A stretch of DNA of 64,000 nt, taken from positions 131,626,001-131,690,000 of the forward strand of contig OX597818.1 in the NCBI GenBank assembly GCA_951406725.2. The letters run 5' to 3'. Position numbers and translations under genes: made by a program. The DNA comes from Octopus vulgaris. Lineage: Eukaryota. The notes below the pieces were generated by a model that worked only from the letters and a program-made list of their open reading frames with translations, had not been told where the DNA came from and ran no database searches. This document shows, piece after piece, positions 38,429-51,037 of the stretch (positions within the stretch are counted from its first letter, which is position 1; each line of letters starts with the position of its first letter).

Positions 38429-38511
38429 TTTTCGACATATGTTTCGAAGGCTGCATATTCCAAATTTCGAAAGAATAAGGGGTGCATTATGTCGCCTTCT
38501 CATCAGGAAAA
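38429..38511 (-). ncRNA. Minimal type-I hammerhead ribozyme motif (second copy) in Penelope-like fragment 38378-38548
   Basis: Minus strand: ttttc-CTGATGA-gaaggcgacata...tatgcagccttc-GAAA-catat-GTC-gaaaa. Helix I ttttc/gaaaa is fully paired. Confidence 0.7.
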
Positions 38512-38545
38512 ACAAGGAACTTATGTCAGCATCAAGATGCACAAA

Positions 38546-38586
<41 letters not shown>

Positions 38587-38750
38587 ATGGTCTTCTTTCA
38601 GTTTCTGTCTACCAAATCCACTTATAAGACTTATAGGACACACTTGAGTTGAGATGTTTGACTAAATTCTTTAAGGCAGTCTCCCAGCATAGCCACATAT
38701 GGTGGGAGACATGTTATTTGGTCTCTAATTTATATGTTAATGTTTTGGCA

Positions 38751-38820
38751 CATCCACTGATGAGAACTTCGCCTTGCAAATTATTTGCTAATTAAAGTTT
38801 GAAACCTGAGGTCCAGCTGT
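38751..38820 (+). ncRNA. Degenerate hammerhead motif of a different family
   Basis: catcca-CTGATGA-gaactt...aagttt-GAAA-cc-tga-g-GTC. The 3' strand of helix I is decayed. Confidence 0.45.
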
Positions 38821-39268
38821 AAAACATGGTAAACGTTTTTATTTTTCATTCCCTTTGAAATTGCTCTTAACTGTAGTTTGAACATTTTGACTGTTCTTTC
38901 AAGTATGTTAGGCAACCTGTTAAGGCTCGCCTCTTTGTGTTTAAATGTACACTAATTTATATGTATATGCGTGAGTGTGTGTGTGTGTGTGTGTGTGTGC
39001 GTGCAGTACATATGAGAAGGAAGACAATGAAAATGGAATTCACAAGATTCTTTATTGACCACTATGAATGTTTTGATCCATAGTGCATAATCCTTTTTGG
39101 ATGAGATTCTGTGCTAATAGTTGTAGTGTACCATTTGGTGCAGATGTGTTTTGCCAAGTGATTTGTCAAAAGGCACTTCTTTCTTTAATCTGTTTTATTT
39201 ATCTCAGCTAGAATAAATTTTGGCATTTTCCTGTAGCTAGTGGCATTCAGGAGAAAAGATGAGTTAGA

Positions 39269-39330
<62 letters not shown>

Positions 39331-39478
39331 GCACACATACACGTGCAAATATATATATATACACATACATGTGTATATATAACGGGAAGCTTTATGAAAA
39401 TAAACAAAAGACGAAGGCAGGTGGAATACAAACAAACAATTGTATTAGTATGGCACTCAGGAATATAAATAAAACAAG

Positions 39479-39516
39479 TCTTTTACGTTTCGAGCCTACG
39501 CTCTTCAACAGAAAGA
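39479..39516 (-). ncRNA. Ultra-minimal hammerhead-like motif with variant core, in Penelope-like fragment ~39380-39595
   Basis: Minus strand: tcttt-CTGTTGA-a-gagc-gtag-gctc-GAAA-c-GTA-aaaga. Confidence 0.55.
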
Positions 39517-39593
39517 TACACAGAAAAGAAACACGGAAAGAAACAAGGAGAGAAAAAAAATGCGTGCAGAAGCTAGCGAATCAACATGGCAAT

Positions 39594-39633
<40 letters not shown>

Positions 39634-39699
39634 ACACATACATGCACAAATAAATATATACATATGCACACACAAATATATGTGCAAATAAATATATGT

Positions 39700-39734
<35 letters not shown>

Positions 39735-40399
39735 TATGTACATATACAAATATATACACAGCATATGTTTGTACTAATAAAAAGAAAAGTATTCGACTCT
39801 GTAATGTGGAATATAACTTAATTTAGATTAGGTGAAGCCAACACTGGCAACATTACCAATTTCTTTACATGAAAACAATCATGCAATTCTTCAAGCCACC
39901 AAATTGGTATAAAGTTCAAAACAAAAGCAAGCAATATTAATGCATGAAAGCTTTCCTCTCATTAGCTAGGAAAAGTCTCATTTTGATTGCGCATTATCAC
40001 AAACATTAATTAGCATGAAATCAAGAGCTTTCATTGCTTGTATTCAGAAAGCTAAAAAATGAACACTCACAAAATCATATATATTACAATTCACTGTCTT
40101 TGAAGAAGTTTGTATAACATTTATTTTTAGAAACCCTACTCTCTGTCAATAAAGGAATAGAGAAAGACAGAAAGTTGAAATGGTGTAGTATTGGCAAAAA
40201 GTAGAAGTGTTAATAAAGGACACATTAAAAAAATACTTTCAGGAGATGTTAAACTGTTCTGCATTCTTTCTTGTGTCTTTTTGATCTATATTTTTCTCTC
40301 TTTCATACTTAGGAATAGTGAAATACAGATAGAGAATAAGAAACACCCATGCAGAGAAACAGAGAGAAACATAAGAGTGAGAGAGGGAGGAATGTTGGT

Positions 40400-40746
40400 C
40401 TTGATGGTGACCCCCTTCGGTCAGACACTGACCATGGGTTTGCACCTAAAGTTACCCTCTGAGGCACAAGTCTGGGCAAGGTTGTTTTATGGACGACCAG
40501 CAGTCGCCCATGCATACCGGCCTCCCCTCTCCACGTCACCGATGTTGTCCAAGAGAAATGCAAAGGGGCCGATACAGTTTGGCACCTGTGACGTTGCAAC
40601 TCATTTCTACAGCTGAGTGAACTGGAGCAACGTGAAATAAAGTGTCTTGCTCAAGAATACAACACGCAGCACGGTCCAGGATTCGAGCTCACAACCTCAC
40701 GATCGTAAGCTCAACGCTCTAACCACTGAGCCATGCACCTTCACAC
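40400..40746 (-). mobile_element. tRNA-derived SINE, family D, full length
   Basis: Minus-strand head gtgtgaaggtgcatggctcagtggttagagcg...gctcgaatcc, body cttgagcaagacactttatttcacgttgctccagttcactcagctg. Partial copy at 47215-47432. Confidence 0.8.
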
Positions 40747-41323
40747 ATGGTCTTGATAGCTGTGATGTATTGATATAAACAGTTTGTAGTAGAAACCCTG
40801 CTTGCATAGACCCTCAAATCAAATAACTTGAGAAATGCTGAGTATATTACACGATATAATGTAATCTCTGATATACAACAAAGATGGGATGGCACCACCT
40901 TGAAGGCTTTTAACAGTAGATTTGGTCCACCAGGACTTACTATGGGCAAAATACCACCACACATACACACACCCACATCCTTACACATACATATCTGGTA
41001 CAAGCACACACATGTGCTGGCCTTGAGGCTCACCAGACACTAGAGCACCACCAGCTTCCTGTAAAGTCATGCGGTCCAAGGAATTCTCCTTTGTAATGCA
41101 TCAGGTGTAGCGGAAATGCTGATCTCACTTCTAACAATACTATGTAACCCACCTTGACCAATATCAGCCCATTTTCCAGTTGCCATCTTGAACTTCCTGT
41201 ACTTCTCCATTCAGTAATCTGATCCTGAACAAGCCAGGTTTCTGTAAGAAGCCAGCAAAACTTTAAGTGACATTGAACAGAAACTGTTTTTAAGAATAAT
41301 AATGTAACTTCAACTAAATAGTG

Positions 41324-41461
41324 TCTTTCAGTTTCCGTCTACCAAATCCACTCACAAGGCATTGGTCGGCCCGGGGCTATAGCAGAAGACACTTGCTCAA
41401 GATGCCACGCAGTGGGACTGAACCCGGAACCATGTGGTTGGTTAGCAAGCTACTTACCACA
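41324..41461 (-). mobile_element. SINE A 5' fragment
   Basis: ctttcagtttccgtctaccaaatccactcacaagg...gctacttaccac. Confidence 0.8.
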
Positions 41462-42020
41462 TATTTGATATACATGTATATTTAATGCACATATGCATTT
41501 GTCATACCCAGTGTTGAATGGTAGACAAAGTTATAAAAAAAGACCAGGCCTAAACCTATAAACACGTCAGAAATGATAAGAAAAATTTATTAAAACTAAA
41601 TTATAAAAGAAAAATGAAAAAAGAAACATAAATGAGTAAGCATAAATAATAAGCAATCATATATATATATAAAAAAAATCTTGATAAAATAGCTACGAGA
41701 ATACATACAATGTCAAAATTACTTACAAATGTAGTTGAATAGAGATGTTTCATTCAGATAAAAATCATCATATGCAAAAGCTAACATTCTATTTTCAAAT
41801 GTAACACTCAAATATCGACAAAATTGAGAAAAATATCTTTATAAAGAACCAGACAGCTAACGAGGCTATAAAACTAAAAAAAAAAACAAAAAACAGGCAA
41901 ACAAAAGAAGACAACTGAAACAAAAGTACAATATGACGAAAAATCTAAGTTAATAAATAAATGCCTCTGAATATGCTCACATTCCAATGGAAATATATAG
42001 ACTATACAAACATATATTTA

Positions 42021-42597
<577 letters not shown>

Positions 42598-43299
42598 ATA
42601 CCTGTATTTATATGAATGAGTTTGTATTTCCCTTGGCTTCACTAGTTAGTAGACAATGAGTATCATTTTTTGCTGGCTATCCACCAAAAAACATCTCCAG
42701 GTTTCTTGACAAGTTACATGTAACTGTGACCTTTGTAAAAACAAAGGTCACATTCATAAGGTGCCCTCTGTGTTCCCAGTTCCTCACATAAAACATGTCC
42801 AGGCTGTTTCCTTGATAGACTGGCAGATTATTATTCTGCTTGGAAACAAGTCAGGTTGCAGACAGGAAGGGCACCTGGGGATAGAAAACTCTACTCATAC
42901 TTACTCCCATCTAACCCATGCAAGCATGGAGATTAGACATGATGATGATGAACATGATGAGCATGTAAATATATGATGTATGAGTATATATTTCTTGTTC
43001 GTCTCTGCTCAAGTGAAATAATATTGGCATTCGTTTTCGATATTGTGACATCACTCTAGGGCATTTGAATGCCTGTGGAATGGAATAAAGAAATCCCTTA
43101 TGTAAAAAAAAAAAAAAAAAAAAAGGTAAGGGTTGGTGACAGGATGAACATCAGGCTGTGAAATTCCACCTTTGCTAAACTTCAAACCAAATCTAGTCTA
43201 ACAAAATAGAAATTATATGAATGAACAAGTATACAAACATATACATACATACATTCATATATGTGTACATTTATTTATATATATATGTATGTATATTCA

Positions 43300-43409
43300 T
43301 ATATATAGATATGTACTCATATACATATTCATCTATATATTCATATATCTATATATATATATTCATATATATATATAGATATGTACTCATATACATATTC
43401 ATCTATATA

Positions 43410-43455
<46 letters not shown>

Positions 43456-43496
43456 TATATAGATATTTACTCATATACATATTCATCTATATATTC

Positions 43497-43527
<31 letters not shown>

Positions 43528-43567
43528 TATATATATAGATATTTACTCATATACATATTCATCTATA

Positions 43568-43601
<34 letters not shown>
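43300..43601. repeat. Compound minisatellite: 4 units of agatat(g/t)tactcatatacatattcatctatatatt plus variable (TA)n
   Basis: Units start near 43307, 43377, 43461 and 43537. Confidence 0.85.
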
Positions 43602-43602
<1 letters not shown>

Positions 43603-44723
43603 CTGTAGACATGTATGTATTTATATGCTTATATTTGTGTGTATGTGCATGGGGGGGAGTGAGTGAGAGAGAGAGAGAGAAAGAGATTCTATATCTTTTC
43701 ACTTTAGCAAATAAATAAATTTAATGTTTAAACATCTATCACTAAATCTTTCATCCTTTCTATTTCTTTTGGTTCTTTATCCACCCCAAAATTATTCTAT
43801 GAAAGAATATTGGCATTCAATATGAAAGCAGAAGTTGTTGCAATAACATCAAATGCACAAACTGATTGCCTGTATCAAAGTCTTTCTTTCCTCCTCAGAA
43901 TCATTATTTTTCATAATGTATATATTTATTCTAAGTATATTTTCCAAACATGTCATGTCAGCTAAGCGTTCATAAATTGATATACATATGTAAACATTAC
44001 AATTCAATATATGTATATCAGCTAATATTGATTTACATAAATATAAATGTTTGAACTTTTATGATATTTGTGGCGTATGGTTATGTGTATGTAATGCATA
44101 TGTGTATATATGTGTGTCTGTGTGCACAGAGACACACAAGGATATACATGTGTATATATATATATATGTACTCTCAAGAGTGTATGGTATGGTGGGAGAT
44201 AAAGAATAGGTGAGGCATACATACACACACGTGTATGTGTGTGTATGTATGTATATATATATATATATATATATAAAGATATACATGCATACATATATTT
44301 TCGTACGTGTATATCCTTCATCCTTATTTCTATGCTAGAAAAGCCTAGATGAATATATTATGCTAGCATTGTCATATAGCAAGATGTCCTTTCTGTTGCT
44401 AGCCCTTACCTGCTTTCACATCCCTTCAAAAGTGCAAAGTGAATGACTTTCTGGCAGGCAAAGTGACAACAGAGCCACACACAGCAAGTGACTTCTCACA
44501 GAGTACAAAAATAAAGGAACACACACACAAGTGCATGCATGCATGCACACATGACATGCACCCAGCATCTTTCACTTTCTATTTACTAATCCCCCACACA
44601 CAATGGTTTGGCCAACCTAGGCTGTTAGTAGAAGACTCATAACATGGCACCGTGTTGTGGGTCTGAAACCAAAACCAAATGGTTGGGAGGAAAAAAATAC
44701 ATATATGTATGTATGTATATGTA

Positions 44724-44950
44724 TAAGGTGGTGAGCAAATAGAATGGTTAGCACACCAAGCAAAATGCTTAGCGGCACTGTTTAGCTTTACGTTCTGAGT
44801 TCAAATTCCACCCAGGTGAACTTTGCCTTTCGTCTTTTGGGGTCGATAAATTAAGTACCAGTGAAATACTGGGATCGATGGAATCAACTATTCTCCTCCC
44901 CTAAAATTTCAGGCCTTGTGCCTTTAGTAAAAAGGATTATTATTATTATT
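44724..44950 (+). mobile_element. SINE family B, tail type 2
   Basis: aaggtggtgagc...gagttcaaattcc...ggccttgtgcctttagtaaaaagg then (ATT)n. Confidence 0.8.
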
Positions 44951-45502
44951 GAGTGAGAGAGCAGTGCTTGCCATCAAAGTGACACCGGGGTAGAGTATAC
45001 AAAATCCAGTATACCCATCATGACTACCTGTCTGGTAAGGGCACACCAGGCACATGCACTACAACCACATGTGTGCGACATGGTGATCTCATATCAAGAT
45101 CAACAGCACATGACGTTGCAAGTGGGGCCCGGTTAGAATTTTTTTCAGTTTGAGTAGCCCATCCTGATCAAAAGGTCCCTGAATAGGGGTTATTTAAGGA
45201 TGTTGAATGAAATACCCATGTTTCCAAAGGTGAATTATTCGAACCCCAAAGAATCCCTCTCAACACATGGCTATGATGTTCCCCCACTACTTCTGCTCGT
45301 GATCAGAAATGCACATATCATCAGCCACTAAGGGACATGCTCAACTGGTTATGGTCAAACAACTGACAAGCAGATCTGCAGTATAGAGCAGAATATTTGC
45401 TGTAGCCCATCTTTTATACCAACACAAAACAATGTACATGATAACACTTCCAAAGAGGTGAGAAGCCATGAGAGCCATTGCCTGGTACTGCATCAGGGCA
45501 TT
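44951..45502. mobile_element. ~550-bp non-coding interspersed element flanked by (ATT)n on both sides
   Basis: Partial copies at 23365-23400 (same left end, also after (ATT)n) and 22312-22357. Confidence 0.6.
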
Positions 45503-45647
45503 TATTATTATTATTATTGTTATTATTATTATTTTGCTTAGGAATAGCAGTAATAATAATCTGGTGTTAGAACACAAAATATATGTTTCAGAACAAAGCA
45601 TCAGTTGAGTAATAAGAAACTAAACAAATGACAATGGAATAAGAATT

Positions 45648-45860
45648 TATGTAATGAACTTCATTAGCTTACAGCTGTTTCGGTTATAAGATCCAATGCA
45701 CTCATAGTTTAGTGCTTGTGTATCAACCTATAGCTTTATTGGAGCTTGGAAACTGAAGTGCTATTTTATTTGGGTGATACATATAAACTCACTTATGAGT
45801 CTTTTGCATCTTATAGCAGAAACAGCAGTAAGCTAATGTAGTTAATGATGTAATTTCATA
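45648..45860. repeat. Imperfect fold-back element, ~210 bp
   Basis: cattagcttacagctgtttcggttataagat pairs with atcttatagcagaaacagcagtaagctaatg, with weaker pairing inside. Confidence 0.7.
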
Positions 45861-45871
45861 TTCTATTATCA

Positions 45872-46025
45872 CATGGCTGTGTGGTAAGTAGCTTGCTTAC
45901 CAACCACATAGTTCCGAGTTCAGTCCCACTGCATGACACCTTGGGCAAGTGCCTTCTATTATAGCCTCGGGCCGACCAAAGCTTTGTAAGTGGATTTGGT
46001 AGATGGAAACTGAAAGAAGCCTGTC

Positions 46026-46056
<31 letters not shown>

Positions 46057-46497
46057 TGTATGTATGTATGTATGTATGTGTGTGTGTGTGTATATGTTTG
46101 TGTGTGTGTGTCCCAACATCACTTGACAAGCAATGCTGGTGTGTTTATGTCCCCATAAATTAGTGGGTCGGCAAAAAAGACTGATAGAATAAGTACTAGG
46201 CTTACAAAGAATAAGTCGTATGGTCGAGTTGCTCAACTAAAGGCGGTGCTCCAGCATGGCTGCAGTCAAATGACTATGTATGTTTGTGTATATGTTTGTG
46301 TGTGTGTGTCCCAACATCACTTGACAAGCAATGCTGGTGTGTTTACGTCCCCATAAATTAGCGGGTTGGCAAAAAAGACTGATAGAATAAGTACTAGGCT
46401 TATAAAGAATAAGTCGTGGGGTCAAGTTGCTCAACTAAAGGCGGTGCTCCAGCATGGCTGCAGTCAAATGACTGAAACAAGTAAAAGAATAAAAGAA
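45872..46497 (+). mobile_element. SINE A with a tandem duplication of its 3' half
   Basis: About 46075-46275 is repeated at about 46276-46473, with shared private variants (caacatcacttgacaagcaatg, ccccataaattag). Confidence 0.85.
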
Positions 46498-46931
46498 TTT
46501 ATTTTATTTATTAAATGCTGTTAATTTGTTCCATTTTGAATGCTGGCATAGGTTGGTCAGGTATTTATTTGATGTATTATTTTCTGCTCTTTTTGTCACC
46601 AATCATTACCTACAAGTAAAGGGATTTTTTTGTCCTACTACCCTGGGTTGGAATGTAAAGTTGTAAAACTTAACATTCATCAAAAAATGTAAATACAGGA
46701 AAATTAAATTTTGGTCCAGCTCATGTGGAAAACAGAAATGATAACTTTTACTCACACACACACATATACTAACCAACACACACACATATATATACTAACC
46801 AACACACATACATATACAAACATATAGTGAAAAATCAAAGTGGAACACGAAAATTATTAATGAAAAAGGGAAAATGAAGAAGCAAATCTTTACAAAAGCC
46901 ATGAAGATCAGAAATAATGTATGTTTGGTAC

Positions 46932-47072
46932 TTAACCCTTTAGTATTCACATTATTCTGTCAGAAGTAATGTATGTAATTGTAGGGTTGGTGTGAGAGGC
47001 CAGATCTGGCCAGTTTGATTATAAAACAGAATATTTTGGCCAGATACAGCCGGATAAAGGCCAAGAAATTAA
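46932..47072. mobile_element. Deleted, degenerate copy of piggyBac-type MITE family 2
   Basis: ttaaccctttagtattca...gtagggttggtgtgagaggccagat is an inverted match to 50423-50520 and to the right end near 51020-51037. Confidence 0.55.
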
Positions 47073-47442
47073 AACACTTTAAAATTCAATGTTCATTTTT
47101 TTTTTCTTCTCCATAAATCCTTTCTACATTCCACTTACATCTTCATGGCTAGATTTATAGTGCACAGATCATTCCTATGAATACTGGCTATATATGCATT
47201 CATGCTTACATACCAATAGCTCCACACTATTAATGTCATCCAAGGGAAAGGCAAAGGCCGATACAGCTTGGTACCAGTGATGTCACAACACATTTCTACA
47301 ACTGAGTCAACTGGAACAATGTGAAATAAAGTGTCTTGCTCAAGAACACAACACATAACTTGGTCCAGAAATTGAACTCACTACCTCATGATTGTGAGCC
47401 CTATGCTCAAACTGCTGAGCTATGTGCCTTCATGAACCCCCC

Positions 47443-47498
<56 letters not shown>

Positions 47499-49169
47499 TA
47501 CACACTTGTATAAGCACACACATACATACATATTTGTATGTACCTCTGTGTATACAGAACTAGTTTATTAATTTTCTTACATTCTTTGTAAACATTCAGA
47601 TTTATTGAAACAAAATTAATTAAAAAATTATTTCATTTTATATTTCTTGTTTTCATTTCATTATCTTATTCTTATTAGTAATGTTGTAATTTCATTAGCT
47701 GATCCACATACCAGCTTTTGTTTAAAGAATATGTTGAAAAACCTTCAAGTTTTTCAAAATTTGCTCATGAATAATTTTATATATATACATATATATATAT
47801 ATGTAAATTTTGTGCGTGTATGTATAATGTCTACGTTTGTGTGTTCACGTCCCCATGTGTGCATGTGTACATATACATTTTATCTTTGTAAAGAGAAAGG
47901 ATCTTGAAACTAATAAAGATAATAAATAAATGGGAATTATTCCCATCTATTTATTTGTCTATATTGATTTCTAAAAAGAAAACACAAACAGTCACCTGTT
48001 TACAATTTCTGACTGAACAAATCTTACACAAATTTGTTCATATTTATAAAATCAAAATACAGTTGCATGCGTTGTTTATTGAATTTTTCCATCTTTTAAA
48101 TATACAAATATATCTTTCAGTACAAAATCTCTAATTAGAATTCCTATACTTAAAGAATTATTTATAAATTTATTCTCATTTTGAAAAGAATTTTTGATAC
48201 ATGAAAACTCTTGAAATTCTAAAGCTTCATTTTTGTGCAGAAAAATATTTTATTTCTAAAGATATTTTAAATTCAACAAAAGAAGCATGGTAAACTCTGA
48301 AAAGTATATTTTAAATAAAATATAAATATGACATTGAAATTCAGAAAAATTGCTATATGAGTATAAATTTATATTCTAATAAGATTCATATGTTTTATTT
48401 TTTCTTTGCTTTAAATTTTATCTATAATGTCGCTACACACATTTACATTAACGAATGCCTCGTTATTTTATTCCTTTCTTGTATATCGCTGTCTTCAACT
48501 AGACCGTCAGGACTACAAAGAATTTCTAATTCAAATTACGTATGTTTCAGAATTATTTCTAATAAAGAATAGTGATTAATTTCTTTTTTGTATTATTTGA
48601 ATATTCTTTTCTTTCTTTTATAATAATTTTTATTTTACAATACCAACATGGAACTGCTGGTATTGCTTGGAGAGATCTGTGTATTTGCATATTTAAAGCT
48701 AATTTTTTTCTAGAATTTATTTCTTTATTACGTTCTGAGCCAGTAAAATTTTAATCTGGAAAGAAATTTTCATTATATTTTGGTGATTATTAATCATTCA
48801 TTAAATCGTGAAGTATTCCAATCTTAATTTTTACTACTGGGTCAATCTGTAGTTTTTACCAATTGTGTTTGCAGACCAAATAATTCATTGTAAACCAAAT
48901 TATTCTTGAAAAGCATATTTTATTATGAGTAAATTACATCATCCAAAATGCACATGCAACACTATTCTTTGTATGGGATCATATAATGGCAGCCTTTACT
49001 GTCTACAGGATGTTCAACAAAATAAAATATAAAATGACCAGCCATGGGCTACAAATAAAAATAATTTTTTGGATATACAGTTTTGTTACTGGTTTCTTTA
49101 ATTCCTTTGAATCACCTCACATTGTCTTCTTGTTCTTTATCATCAGTGAACTGGCATTCTACCTGTTGC

Positions 49170-49512
49170 ACTTTTTCATAATCTATTTCATGATCTTGAG
49201 ATATAACTTCTTTCCATGCCTTATTCAGTTTCCTTCTTTTCAAAGGTGCCTTGTTATACTTTATTCAACCAGCCTTTATTCTTCATACACATCATGTGTC
49301 CATACCAGTGTAGTCTTCTTTTCTGCCTGCTACAGTTAATTTTTCCCTATCCAGTCAGGCTAGCCTAATAGATCCAGAAAGCTTACTCACCTTGTGTCTT
49401 CCACCACTTACCCACCCTTCACATTCTATGCATCATTAGTGACTGTGTAGCTTTCCCCAATGTACACAGCACTACATAATCTGCCCTTAACTCAGAGAGA
49501 AACTTTGTGCCT
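49170..49512 (-). pseudogene. Highly degenerate RTE-clade LINE ORF C-terminal relic
   Basis: The minus strand at about 49325-49270 encodes QKRRLHWYGHMMCM (cf. RRLRWYGHVMRM). Upstream there is an FSL..KGRL-like remnant. Confidence 0.55.
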
Positions 49513-49524
49513 AACAGAGATAAT

Positions 49525-49680
49525 ATATTTCTTTACTACCCAGAAGGGGCTAAACACAGACGGGATAAACAAAGACAGACAAACGGATTAAGTTGATTAC
49601 ATCGACCCCAGTGCGTAACTGGTACTTAATTTATCGACCCCGAAAGGATGAAAGGCAAAGTCGACCTCGGCGGAATTTGA
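49525..49680 (-). mobile_element. 5'-truncated SINE B, tail type 1
   Basis: Near-identical to 10724-10880. Confidence 0.8.
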
Positions 49681-50068
49681 CAGAGATAATAGTTTCCTGA
49701 ACATTTCTCACCCTTTTTTCCCATTATGCTTTTGCCCCAATTGCTTTCAATACTGTGTGTCTTTATGTTTATGTTTGTCCCCCATCACTTCTTGACAACT
49801 GATGTTAGTTTGTTTATGTCCTTGTAACTTAGTGGTTTGACAAAAGACACCACTAGTATGAGTATCAGGTTTAAAAAGGGGAAAATATCAGTACTCAGGT
49901 CATTTCATTCAACTAAAACCCCTCAAGGTGATGCCCCAGGAAGGGTGAAGTTTAATGAGTGACTGAAGTGAATGATAGAAGAACCATCTTCAAAGTGAAG
50001 GAACAATGCTTACTGTTCTCATTTATAATCTATGAAATACAGGATATCTTTTGTTAGAATTATCCTTT

Positions 50069-50203
50069 AAATGTTCTGTTCACTTGGCTGTCTTTTATAA
50101 CCAACCATAGCTGTTACTTGCAAGCAAATATGTACCGTGCTTTTACTGATTGTTAAAGACAGCAGTGTCGGTGTGAGCAGACATAGACATCTTCTCAGTC
50201 TAC
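50069..50203 (+). repeat. 135-bp segment duplicated at 54043-54177
   Basis: Ungapped match with about 6 substitutions. Confidence 0.9.
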
Positions 50204-50422
50204 TCATTCTTGATCCAGTGGAACATTCAGTGAGTGAAAACTGCAGGAAGAGATGGTTGCACCAATAGTCAGTCGGTACTCATATCATCACAGACAAGAG
50301 CAGTGTGAAACAAAGTGCTTTCCTCAAGGACACAACATAATGAGCAGTCATTAACTTCTGACGGTGAACTCAAACCTCTCATTACTAAGTCAGGCATGAA
50401 GTTGGCTCACAAATACCTTTAA

Positions 50423-51037
50423 CCCTTTAGTGTTTAAACTGGCCAAATCCGGCCCAATATATTCTAGATGTTTTATATTCAACCTGGTGATATCTAGCCT
50501 CTCACACCTAACCTACAATGCCATTCTAAAAATAAACAATCACATCATTGAAACCTCAAAGCTATAAGATAATCCAGGATTAATTCAAAACAATTTGAAT
50601 GAAAAAGTATTACATTTAACAGAATGAGTGGCTGTGTGGTAAGTAGCTTGCTAACCAACCACATGGTTCCGGGTTCAGTCCCACTGCGTGGCATCTTGGG
50701 CAAGTGTCTTCTGCTATAGCCCCGGGCCGATCAATGCCTTGTGAGTGGATTTGGTAGACGGAAACTGAAAGAAGCCTGTCGTATATATGTATATATATAT
50801 ATATGTGTTTGTGTGTCTGTGTTTGTCCCCCTAGCATTGCTTGACAACCGATGCTGGAGTGTTTACGTCCCCTTCACTTAGCGGCTCGGCAAAAAGTGAC
50901 CGATAGAATAAGTACTGGGCTTACAAAGAATAAGTCCCAGGGGTGATTTGCTCGACTAAAGGTGGTGCTCCAGCATGGCCGCAGTCAAATGACTGAAACA
51001 AGTAAAAGAGTAAAAGAGTAATCTGAACACTAAAGGG
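50423..51037. mobile_element. piggyBac-type MITE family 2 with nested SINE A (50626-51020)
   Basis: TTAA at 50419-50422 and 51038-51041, TIRs ccctttagtgtt / aacactaaaggg. Confidence 0.85.

Noticed and set aside
46650-46680. miR-1-like start tggaatgtaaag
   Set aside because: Only 12 nt match, and it pairs locally through a 4-nt loop, which is not pre-miRNA geometry.
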